Source of the DNA: Phyllosticta citribraziliensis
Lineage: Eukaryota
Assembly (NCBI RefSeq): GCF_038025025.1
Contig: NW_027117339.1
Coordinates: forward strand, 2,232,001-2,296,000
Reading direction: 5' to 3'
Length of the DNA: 64,000 nt
Made by a program: the position numbers and the translations under genes. Under the pieces are notes generated by a model, which was given only the letters and a program-made list of their open reading frames with translations, had not been told where the DNA came from and did no database searches. Shown piece by piece: positions 24,501-35,627 of this stretch (position 1 is the first letter of the stretch; each line of letters starts with the position of its first letter).

Positions 24501-26634
24501 CAGAAATCGAGCGCGATTTAAAGGTCATGGGTGATCCAGGACGCCTACGACAAATTTTGACGAATCTTCTCACCAACTCGATCAAATTCACCGCCGAAGG
24601 GCGCGTAACCTTGAGCGCAGAGATAACAAAACAAGACAACGATACCGTCCACGTCCAATTCGTCGTCGAGGACACCGGAATAGGCATCGAAGACGAAGTC
24701 CGGCAGCGACTCTTCAAACCATTTAGCCAGGCCGACTCATCCACTGCTCGCCGGTTTGGTGGCACTGGGCTTGGCTTGGCCATTAGCAAAAATGTAAGAA
24801 ACCCTCGCCATAAAAAGACACAACTAACGTGAGTATAGCTTGTCGAGCTGATGCGCGGAGAAATTGAGCTCGAGTCGAAGCTCGGTCACGGTACCAAGGC
24901 GTTATTCTGGATCCCCTTTAACAAAGCGCAATACCAACCCGAAGGCACTCCTCTGATCGACATTGCGGCGATTCCCGACCGGCTTCAGTCAGATGTGTCC
25001 GTTTCCTGCGGCAGCTCGGAGGAGCCAGGGGGAACCCCTCCCATGACTCCTGCTGTTGGTCGCCCGCATTCAATCAGCTCGGCTGGTGGCAACGCGAATT
25101 TTCACCACGTCCTACCAGATCACCTCTTCTCGCTGAGCGAATCAGAACGAGCTTCAATTCAAATTTTGGTGGTCGAAGATAAGTACGTCGGCGTGTCCCC
25201 AACCCCCACCCCACTTTCCTTTTCCAGCAAATCCTTTCCGCTTCGAGCCCTCTAACACTTTACAGCCATGTCAATCAGCAAATCGCCCTCAAGACCATCA
25301 AGAAGCAAGGCTTTTCTGTCAGCGCGGTGTGGAATGGCCAAGAAGCTCTCGACTATCTTCTGAAAGCCAAAGAAGGCAAAGTGCCCTGCCCCAATGTGGT
25401 TTTGATGGACGTTCAAATGCCGGTAATCGACGGTTACGAAGCTACAAGAACAATCCGGACGAAACCGCCCTTCCGCAATACACCAGGAATCGGAGATATA
25501 CCTATAGTGGCCATGACCGCCTCTGCCATTCAGGGTGACAAAGAAAAGTGCCAACAAGCAGGCATGGACGACTACTTGTCTAAACCGGTTCGAGGGAAGC
25601 TTTTAGAAAAAATGCTTGTCAAGTGGGCTGTTGAAGGTAAGCGCAAGCGGTCAAAGGCGGAAGAAGTGAAGCAGGGTGAGACTTCGAAGGCGGCAGAACC
25701 ACCCCCAAAACCACAGCGACCAAGTCCCTTGACTCTTAAATCCATGGATCCAACAGACTCGACCGATTCCGCCAATATTCGCAATCCCACCTCCTCGGAT
25801 TCGGTCGCCACTATTTCTACAAAAGTCTCGCCTACCAAACTCAAAAAGCCCAACCACTCATCGGAAGACGCCTCGTCGACGCCCAAAGAGCCGAGGTCGC
25901 CAACTCGGCCTCAATCGCATCCTATGGGACCAAAACGCGACTCTTTGGCCCCAACAATGGAACAATTGGCAGCCATTTCCGAGTTCCACGTGCATACATC
26001 TACCGAGACCGAGCATGAGCGGATAGAGAGGAGAGCAAAAGCAGAAGAGTTGGCAGCCGAACTACGCCAAGCGAAGCTCATTAGCCTGTCTGACTTGACT
26101 CCACAGGCGAGCCCGGCGGAAGAAGCGAGCAAAGAGTTGGGCATGGACATGGGATCGGGGGACGACATGGAGGGGACAGATGAGACAGGGGTGCCTCGCC
26201 ACGCTCTCACGCGAGAAAACATGTCGAGGTTTGAAGAGCAGCAAGCAGGTACAGCGCCGCCAGCCGCCATTCCCACGAGTCCCAAAGATGAGACAACAAT
26301 CGACGTCAACATAGACCTCGAGAGCGTGCGGTCCGTAGGGGATCAGTACGAAGACACAGGGAGCGTGCTCGCGGAAACTGGGACCGGCACGGGCAAGAAC
26401 ACGCCCTTCTCTCCATCGGTCCCGCCGTCATCAGGGCGGCCAAAAAGGGGTTCGTCAGGTCTTGCAGCTGGTGTAGAGGCGGCATTGCAGAGAAGCATCA
26501 GCGCTCGAAAAGCGGTGCGTTCAAGCTCCTCACCGAGGTCCTCCCCAGCACGATCAAAACGCATTTTGGAAGAGGAAGCAGGGGATCGATCGCCGTCAAC
26601 ATCACCACCGCCGAGGAGGTTGAAAGAATCGTGA
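21554..26634 (+). CDS. Hybrid sensor histidine kinase with PAS/PAC domains, HisKA, HATPase_c and receiver (probably fungal group V); introns ~22013-22074, 23311-23502, 24047-24095, 24794-24838, 25183-25265; a further 5' exon from 21122 is possible
   Basis: [25 protein letters not shown]...[13 protein letters not shown]-box [28 protein letters not shown]; receiver VEDN...[11 protein letters not shown]...DDYLSKP. Confidence 0.93.
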
Positions 26635-27729
26635 CCCAGCCTCCTCTTCTTTCTCAAACTCGTTATCTTGCGCTGCCGATTGTACACGGAGACTTGGTAG
26701 TCCGTCGTTACAGCACATCTTTTCTTTTGCCGTTATGCATATATATACCACGGAGGTCTCTTTGCATTGATTGCTTCTTCGATAATCTCTCGAGTCAACG
26801 CATCCAGTATACCGTCAAAATGGACCAGACGGCGGACAATTATATTCAGACTCAGCCTTGCAGCGCTGGCAGCTGCGAACTTTTCGCTCCCATACGTACC
26901 TCTTCGATTTCCCTTGCACTCTGAGGGTTTCTTCAAACACGACCACAAGCGGCTCGACCGTCCGAGCGGATTCGTAGGCAGAGCGACACTCATCAGATGA
27001 TAGAGACCCGCTGCAGACGACGAGGAGGAGAGAAGCAGGCGTCTTGCCATCGCCGTCGTCGTTTGTCACCGCTTCTAATACGCTTCACCAATTTCGATTT
27101 CTGCTTGGAGATTCTGTTTCGCATTGGATATACGTTGTACTGGTTGTGTTATCGTTTTGTTCGCATTCCAATGTTGCTATCGAGAGGCCGGCTCTCTTCA
27201 TTGTCTCCATCGTCGCAAGATTTTCCGCGTCCTTTTTCGCCTCGCTCTACGTTTTCGGGTTTCTCGGTTCTCAGTTCTTGGTTCTCGGTGTTAGTTTGTC
27301 TTCCTTCGTTGTCGGTCTTGAAGACTGGCGCGTACATGGGCGGCGTCGCGTGGGCATTGGCATCGCGTGTGGCACATGAAGCGGTCCGATTCGGTGCGAA
27401 TTTCCATTTTCCTATATGGTTGGGGCAACGTCGTCTCATCTCCTTTTGGGACGTGTTTCGGTTCTGCATTTTTTCTCGGTCCTTGCGTAGCATTTCAGCC
27501 CGGCGTACCGCAATGCAAATGTGGTCGGAGTAAGGAAGATGGTGGAGCAGGAGAGAGAGACAGTGTGGAAGTAGCATGATACCGATATGATGCAAATACT
27601 CGACACTTTGGTGAACCGCGTCGTACTCGTATCAATACGAAGGTGTGTGTGTACTTCCAAAAGTAAAGCGGCATGGCTGTTCCAAAAGCATGTTTCCACC
27701 AGTGCTGGTGCATCCATAGGATCGTGAAG

Positions 27730-27945
27730 AATTCACGCACAAGGAGCGTTCGCGCGTATGGACCGGACCATTCAAGGATAGGGGGCATCCACGCTTAGGG
27801 AGCATCCAAGAGTGCGGATCATCCACACATAGGGAGCATTCGAGAGTATGGACCATCCACAAAGAGGCAGAATTCAAGAGTACGGATCATCCATTTTTAG
27901 GGAGCATTCACGCATAGACAGTAATCACGCATGGGGAGCATTCAT
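27730..27945 (+). repeat. Minisatellite array A: 34-bp units (two 17-bp subunits), core TAGGGAGCATTCA
   Basis: Units start at 27786, 27820, 27854, 27888 and 27922 (exact 34-bp spacing), e.g. CATCCACACATAGGGAGCATTCGAGAGTATGGAC. Confidence 0.85.
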
Positions 27946-29468
27946 GTGTTCGTATGATAGGACAAAGCCACATGCTTACAGTTATAGTCTCGTGATGAAC
28001 TCCCGGCCCTCCTGGCACTTACGCACTGAACCCCAGATCTAGAGGCATGAATCTAGCAGCCACGCGCCGTTTCACTCTCTCGCAACAATTGCCTTCGGAC
28101 CTCCTACTAGCATCCTAGAGAGGGAATTAAGGAAGAGATGAAACTGCTGCCGCACAGAACTCACGGTAACCTACTAGGTCGCCGTGCATGTCGTTCCTTT
28201 TCTACTGATAACTATACCAGTAGGGACGCAGGTTCGGATAGACGTAAAAGTGGTGGTAAATGTTTTGGCTACATGCGGAGACTCGCCATTAAGTCTGTAT
28301 GTTGTTGTGCGTCACTACTTAAATAGCGGATTGTAAGTGGCCTCCACTTACGTGGCCTACAAAGGAAAAGAAGAGAGAGTAAAGCACGCGAAGTACTCAA
28401 CTAAGTCCGCCCAAGAGAGAGACCAGTAGCCAGTTCCAGGTGTTCTTACGACTTGTTTCCGCGGCGCTGTGGTTAGTTGAAACAAAAATGGGCCTAGAGG
28501 TGAGAAGGTCGACGTTTTTATACCCCGGCCCAGTCACATCCAGGCCACAAGACCGCACGGTGGCTGCTGCGCACCTAGCGCTCTCTTTCTAAGTATAAAA
28601 GCGGCGTCTATGGACTGTCCATCCATTGAGCAGCAGTTCTTTGCCTGCGGTGGAAAAACATCTAAAATGCCTTCATACTGGGAGGCTAAGGTCCATGTCC
28701 TTGAAGACTGGGAGACTCTTGTTTCTTCCAAGTCGGCAGTCCGGGCGATTTCTCGAGTTAAATGTTGAAGTCAGTGCGGTTGAAGCGTGCTAGACATCTG
28801 AGCTCTTACTAGGGCTCACCATCATGCCCCCGTGATGTCCCACTTCAGTGTTAAGACGTGATAGTGGCATGTGCAGGAGTTTACTCTCTCACAGCCCAAA
28901 CAAAAGTGTAAAAGGCATACGAGATAGATAGGTTGTACTCGTTTGTTTTAATAAGTAGATCTTGGCTTGACAGGACAGCCTCCGTGGCGAGCGAAGCTGC
29001 AGATTTTATACCCTCCAAGAAGGACACGAGCCGCACGAGACCCGAGCTTGAGGCAACAGTCATGGGTTGAGCAGTCAGGAGTCAGTTTGTTCTGCGCCGC
29101 TATCTGCTCTTCACTCAGCATCGGCTGCTGTCCTCGGATTCAGGAGCCGACAGATGTTCTTTGTACTGGGTGGTGAAAGTGTCATCGGAGCTCTGTACAT
29201 TGCCCTTTCTTCGCCACCTCGAAATCAAGGCTACCGAACTGACGGAGAGTGCGGAAGCCGTCATTGCACAAGACATCAAGCATCGCAGCGGCACGATACG
29301 ACTCACCATCACGTCTTCGAGATGCCGAAGACTTCCACATCAGCGCAACGCGCGGCCTCATCTCCCAGCCTGAGGACAAGAGGCGGCCAAGTCGAACCAA
29401 GACAAGAGCCCAAGGCACAAGTGCCGAGCCTCTCCAGCCTCAGTCGCCAGGGTCAGACCAAGAAGTAA

Positions 29469-29491
29469 GAGAGAGAGAGAGAGAGAGAGAG
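29469..29491. repeat. (AG)n microsatellite
   Basis: About 11 AG units seen directly. Confidence 0.9.
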
Positions 29492-30248
29492 GGCCGAAGA
29501 GGCTCATGTAGCCAGCCAGCGCCGCAAGCCAAGATGATCCAGCCTCCATCTATATATAGAAAAGAGGGAGTGGTTTGTCGATCCCGGATGTCGCAGAATT
29601 AATAGTGACGTAGGTACCACTATAGGTTCGCACGTTCCAAGAAAAACCAATATCTCCAGACCGTGACGTGCATGGCCAATGCAGTGATGCTGTTGATACC
29701 GGCGCTTGTTTTTGCGGATTGGCATATTGCGATTGCTGATTGACAGGGAAGACGGCTTTAGGACCAAGGCGGAGGTTGGTGCATTGGCGGACAGGGAAGT
29801 AGGTCGGGCACACTTGGCATCATTTTCGACATTGCCCTCGTTCGTTGAGCATGCTAGGTGTTGGCGAAAAATGGCCATGGTGATGTGAGAGTCCATGGGC
29901 GCAGAACAGAAATACCGCCTCCGTGCTCGGACATCTTGACAATGCCTGCGTAGGCTTCATCGCAAAATCGCGAAGGATTCCGCTCACCAAAGAGACTCAA
30001 AATCACATACATGCAAAAGGACAATTGAACAGAGGGTTATCACCTGGGGTCTCGCTTACCTAATCGGCCGGGTCACGACGCATTGATGCCATCACATGGA
30101 TGCGCACATGGCCGGGCATTGATGCATTCCACACGCATTGCCCAGGCGCGTTGCGCTTCAATTCCTCTACACCGACTATTTTGGAGGGTTTTGGAGGGAG
30201 CTGGAACTCGGTTCCAACCACATTGGGCCTCACCCTGCGTTGGACGTT

Positions 30249-31365
30249 CTATCCCAGGATGCCCTTTTCCTCGTGCCGCTTTGGCGAGAGGCCAATGGAG
30301 TGGATCGCATTGCCAACCTTTGCCTTGACAATGTCAAAGTGAATAGCCATTTGGCTGACTTCTTGATCAAGCCACTGCTTGACTTCCTGCTCGGCGGAAA
30401 TGTCAAAAAGTTCGTCTGGCGGCGCCTCCAAGCTCCATGCCAAACTGATGTGAAAGGCCTGGGAACGATCGTCTTTGGCAGCCACCAAATCGGTCTTCTG
30501 GGACTTGCCGTCAATCGCCAGGACCGCGTCAGCCGCCGAGCCCCAGGTTCCGCTCATGTCAACGCCGTCGCCGTGGCCATTGCCCTTGGCGGCCTGGCTG
30601 TAGAGCTCTGGGTAGCCAAAGGCCTTGGCGGTCTGGTTGCTGGAGAGCAACAGCTTGTTGAGAGCGTCGCCGTCGGATCTCCGGACGCCGATGACGAGGA
30701 ACCAGCGGGAGCGGTCATAATTCGGCACCCATTTGAGACCCGAAAGAGCCGCGTCGAAAGGACGCGCGCCGCTCGCGCGAATTCTGGCGGTCAGGGCATC
30801 AAGGAATGGCTGGCGTTTGTCGGTGGGGAGAGGCAGAGTCCGACTGAGCGAAATGTGAAGAGGGGCGCGCGTGGAGAGCGGGGTTAGCAGCAAGGTGTGG
30901 ATGTGCTGTTTGGGCAAGGTGGTTGAGGCGGTACGGTAAAAGTTTGAGGTGGCTGCTTGGACGCGTTGCAGCAGGGTTTCCACAGTTGATGACTCTGAGG
31001 AATTGGGGTGCCCTCGAGGCGAGTCAGTCAGCTAAAGGGTCTCTCTCGAAAGGGACAAGGGTCCGGGGAGGTGACGAAGCTCCATGTTACTTACACTCTA
31101 GATAAAGATGCGAAGGCCAATGGCCGTCCATGTGGGGGATGGCACGTTTGCGACCGGCATGAAGAGTGGGATCGTCGTGAGTCGCGGTACGCATGCTGGT
31201 TGCGTACAGGTCGTGGAAGGCGGCGGGCAGAGGCGGCAGGGATTGATGGGAGACGTCAGGGTTGGAGACGGGCGGGTGGTGGCGCAGCCGTTTGACGGGC
31301 GGACGGGAGGTTGCGCGGTCGGAATCGGATTCCGAGTCTGAGTAGGCGACCAGGGCCATGGCCAT
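30249..31365 (-). CDS. USB1: U6 snRNA 3'-end phosphodiesterase (2H family); intron 31094-31013
   Basis: N-terminus MALVAYSDSES, LPPLPAAFHDLY, GRKRAIPHMDGHWPSHLYLE-W; two HxS motifs (PLHISLSR, AFHISLAW); VKAKVGN. Confidence 0.92.
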
Positions 31366-31786
31366 GGCCGGATCGGGGACGCGAGGAACGGTTGCGGATG
31401 ACGAGAAGGATGAGGGCGAGAAGTGGAAGAGAGGAAGAAGTGATGTGCACGCGGCGGGTGGGCGTAGTGCCTGGCCAGGGCAGACAGCGAGATCGACGGC
31501 AGCCCGCCGCGGTACGTCACTGGCCATGACGCATGCCACCCCCATGTCGTCGCCCTACCAGAGCAGAGGTAGAGGTAGAGGTAGAGGTACCCGGACTCTC
31601 ACCTGTCAGGTTCATGTTGGCAGGCGCAATCGAGACTTTTACTGCGCCTGCGCCTGCACCTCCACCTCCACCGCCAACTGCATCCATCAAAACTCGTCCC
31701 TCCCCGTCTGCTTCTTCCTCTTCCCCTCTTCAACTTTCTTACCCCGAACCCACATCTAACCAACCCAACCCATCCCATCCTCCACC

Positions 31787-33083
31787 ATGGAACCACACCA
31801 CGCCGACAGCAAAGCCGTATGCACCCGCCTTCCCACCCCACACGACCGTTACACTGACATCTCACAGGCACAAGAGTACCTCATCAACCCACTGGTCGAG
31901 ACGGAGCCCAGTGAGGAGACTGGTCCTGGCAGCCATTTCCGCTCCACATTTGCGCCTGCAGAACCCCTCAACATCCCCTCCCCACCTAGCTCCGCCTCCA
32001 AGGACCGATCCATGCCCGCCTTTTCCTCCCGCAACCCTTACCGCAAGTCTTCGGCCGGTTCCCACGCCGGCAGCCACAGGAGTCGTGCAAGTCATGGAAG
32101 TCATGGCAGTCATAGCTCCGTGGGCTCCAACTTCATCACTCCCCCCTCATCGGCCAGCCCCAGCCAATCACGCTTTCCTCAGCACCGCGAGAGAGCTGAT
32201 TCCCACGCCAAGTCTCCTCGTGAACGCCGCGGTAACTCCTTCTCCCATTCGCCCGGCATGCCCTCTGGACGTCCGCGCCGGAGCAGTTCTCTGAGGGCCC
32301 GTTACCCCGGAGACAAGTCTACCCACCCACTGGACCAGTTGTCGCGTGAGAACAAGCAAGCCCACCGCTCTCACCACCTTAAGAAGCGCCACATTCCAGG
32401 TCCCGACACCATTGACAAGCTCGACTCCGTCATGAGCCGTTATCACCACGAGGGCCCCTACGACGCAACTCTCCTTGCCCGCAACACTTCATGGGAAACC
32501 AGTCCAGTTGCTGCCCTCTCCGATTCCAATGCCGAGGCCCTCAAGGCGACGCCGGCCGAAAACATTAGAGATGCTTTGGAAAGACATCGCCCCATTGATG
32601 GCGTTGCAATCATTCCTCCCGGCCACCAGGATCGCTTCGGTCGTACCTACGACTACAAGGAAGGAGATGACATGATGATTTACAATGGCGGCAATTTCCG
32701 ACGATGGCCCGGCGTTGTGAGTAATCACCTTCACATTATGTGAAGCCATTTCTAACATTTGACAGGAGTACCACCCCGATGATATTAAGGGTAAAGGGGA
32801 GCCTTCGTACTCGCTCGACGAGGCCATGAAGCGGATGAAGCTCCAGGATCGTGACGGCATCGAAATGAGGACACGTCCACGCAACAAGACCGTCGGTCAC
32901 GTCGAGTACCAGGGTGTCTATCCTGGCCCAACTGCCGGCAGCTCCAGCACCAGCGGATACCGCGATTGGGAGCAGCAGGGCGTCCACCGTAGCAACTCGA
33001 CCGGCAGGAACCTCACCGCCGGTTTGCGAAAACGATTCGGAAGCTTGAAGAGGAAGAACAGAAAGGCCGAGGCGGCGGCCTAA
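31787..33083 (+). CDS. pal1: Pal1 cell-morphology family protein; introns 31817-31867 (probable) and 32717-32765
   Basis: DTIDKLD...YHHEGPYDATLLARN...PVAAL Pal1 motif; spliced WPGV-EYHPDDIKGKGEPSYS; C-terminal LRKRFGSLKR. Confidence 0.85.
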
Positions 33084-33530
33084 ACATCTTTCCTTTTGAC
33101 ACGTTGAAAAGCAAGCAAAGACGACATCGTGATTACTGTCAAGTATTGCATAGGGTTACAGTTTTTCAGGGATCAAGGGACATACATACAAATTGTTGTA
33201 CTATAGACTTACGAATTGACGACAGAAATAACAAAGAACATTTGTCACAAGCGCCGTCTCATGCTCCTTCATGCCTTTTGCCCATCCCACCGACAATCGT
33301 GCTCGCTCCTTCGCGATCGTCTTGGCCATGCAAGCCGTGGGGGATCGGGGTCCTGCCGCTGACGTCAGTGCAGCGCGGATCACTGCGTGGGAGAAGCAGT
33401 TCGACACGACTCTTGGCCGTTCCTCGTCCCTGCTTCTCCTTATCTATACTTCTTTGGGTCGCAATTGGCGTTGGATTGACGGGGTCCTTCCAGACCCTTT
33501 CTTGGTGCTGGATTTTCTTTTTCTTGCCTT

Positions 33531-33776
33531 CACCGTGGGTTTCGAAAGAAACGCGAGACCTCCTCGCAATGTGAGTGCACTTAGGGAGCATTCATCTACT
33601 GTCGCAGTCGCACTGAAGGAGCATTCATTCACTGCTACAGTAACACTCAGGGAGCTTTCATCTTCTGCTGCCGTCGCACGTAAGGAGCATTCATCTACTG
33701 TTACAGCTATACTTAAGGGGGCTTTCATTCACCGTGGCATCTAGACCTAGGGAGTCTCATTCCTTTTTCCATGGTG
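33531..33776 (+). mobile_element. Degenerate MITE-like element B containing a 33-bp tandem array
   Basis: Left end CACCGTGGGTTTCGAAAGAAAC; right end GGAGTCTCATTCCTTTTTCCATGGTG (imperfect inverted repeat); 33-bp units at 33577, 33610, 33643, 33676, 33709; similar to the reverse complement of 35027-35236. Confidence 0.55.
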
Positions 33777-35026
33777 AAATGATTGTCAGCTGCATCACGG
33801 CTCTCCTGCCTACCTTTATTGCCTCATGATGATGGTCCACGCGGCGGCGGCGGCGGCGGCGCGGTTAAGGCTCATGGATTTGAGGTCATCGTGAGCGGAC
33901 GGGCGGCCAAGTCGAGTAGATCTCAAGTGGTGATGGTCCTCCCACAGCACACAGTTACTAAATGCGGAGTTAGTGTGTCCAGTCGGCCCATTGCCCGTGG
34001 ATTGGTGTGCAGAGGAGAGAAGCATCGACGCGAGCATTTTATACCTACGTCCTGGCATACACAGACCACGTCCACGCGCGCATCTGCTCCCTCTGATTCC
34101 ATATAAACGGGGCATCACGGCGCATGTGGGTGCGTGACTGCGTGGTTGCCTGTTTAGCCCTGCTGCCGCCTAGCTGGCTACCTAGAGGGTAAGGGCTGCA
34201 GAGGATAAAAAGGCGCTACACCTTTCTTCTATCATGAGCTGTCAACCTCTGCGCCGCCGCATCGTCTGCGAAACAAAAATGACGGTCAAGAATTACTCTT
34301 TGTGTTTGCGGCAGTTGCCTTCCATTCCTTTCGACTTGCTTAGGTTTGATCATGTTAGTTCACTCTACACCACAACATTCTTGGTGGCATTCGCTTTCGT
34401 AATCTTCCAGTGAGCATTGCCGTCATGACGGCATGTCGTTGATGCAACGCGGGGAGCATCCATCATCAGACCAGCACGTCGGCCGACGGAAAGTGGAGAA
34501 GAAGGATTGATTGCACTCCCACAGTGCCTGTCTTTGTGGATCTCATGTCTGCTGAACAGACAGGCCTGCCAGTGATTTTCCTTGAGAGAGAACTCTGCGT
34601 CGAGTTTCATAGGCGGGAAGGCTGAGAGGCACGCCCGCTGGCTACCACATGCGTATCTGTATAATTCCATGTGATTAATGACCCACGTGTCTGCCCAGAG
34701 CCAGCAACTCCCTCCTGCCGTAGTGCGCCTCAGTATAAAAGGCACGCATATTTCACTATGAAGTTCTCATCCTCGACGCTCGCGCTGTAGTGGACAGCGT
34801 ACACGCCACTGAACGCAAGATTGATACAATCCACACTTTGGCCTGGTTGTGTTCTCGCCCTAGTTTTGCGACTGACTCACTTGACACCCATTTTACTGCG
34901 ACTTTTGCCTTCATTTTCTCATGTTAATGAAGAGTGTCATTACTGTGGCATGATGCTGTGCATCATCGATGTAGTCGGTCGCTTTCGACCAGAATTTGAC
35001 TTTCCAGTCCGTAGACCGCCGCACCA

Positions 35027-35236
35027 CAGTCGGTGTCGAAAGAAATGAGACTCCTAAAGTCCAGCTGCGGCAATGAATGAATTCTTTTCAAACACAGCCG
35101 TAGTGGTACACGAATGCTTCCTAAGCGCAGGCGTCACAGTGAATGAATGCTCCCAAAGTGCAATCACATCAGTAGACGTACGCTCCCTAGACGCACCCAT
35201 TTTTCTAGGTGGTCCAATTTCTTTCGACACCCACTG
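35027..35236 (-). mobile_element. MITE-like element C (210 bp) with terminal inverted repeats and an internal 33-bp array
   Basis: Left CAGTCGGTGTCGAAAGAAAT versus right ATTTCTTTCGACACCCACTG (19/20 inverted match); array cores at 35079, 35112, 35145, 35178. Confidence 0.65.
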
Positions 35237-35627
35237 CGGCACTTGTAACAGGACAAAGATCATCGCTTTTTCGTTTTGTACCCGGCGCGCTCGCTCTGCA
35301 TTAGAGGAGGCGGACAGGATGTTTATTGTACAACAGTCGGCTCAAAACCACGGCTCGGTGGTGGACAACGCCGACGGCGAAAGATAGAGAGGGCAAAGGA
35401 AAAGAAGAGAAGATTCATTCGTAGAACAACGCCCGCCCCGCAAAAAAAGGACTTTTCTCTTTTGTCAAAGCCAAGTCGCCCCGTCAGAAATAATTGGCCA
35501 AAAGAGAAATCATTTACAAAATTCCAACCACGTCTTTTTTTCGTCTCCCCCGTGTAGGGAGCGGTCGTGGACCTCCACGCACCGCACACTCTCCCCTTTC
35601 TGCTTCCGAGATAGTGGCAGGCATCGC

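Noticed and set aside
28600..30100. Fragmentary frames after TATA 28594 (e.g. 29161-29373) as a pseudogene
   Set aside because: Multiple stops and no recognisable family; unsupported without a homology search.
33581..33586. TTAGGG inside the array cores as interstitial telomere
   Set aside because: Single hexamers, never tandem, and not kept in most units.
33271..33744. ORFs with the 11-aa repeat ALREHSSTVAV (also 35054-35263)
   Set aside because: By-product of a 33-bp repeat; the related array A has a 34-bp period and the frames break at element ends.
27730..35236. CRISPR-like interpretation of the 33/34-bp arrays
   Set aside because: Eukaryotic context, no cas genes, and the 'spacers' are homologous to each other, so these are diverged tandem units.
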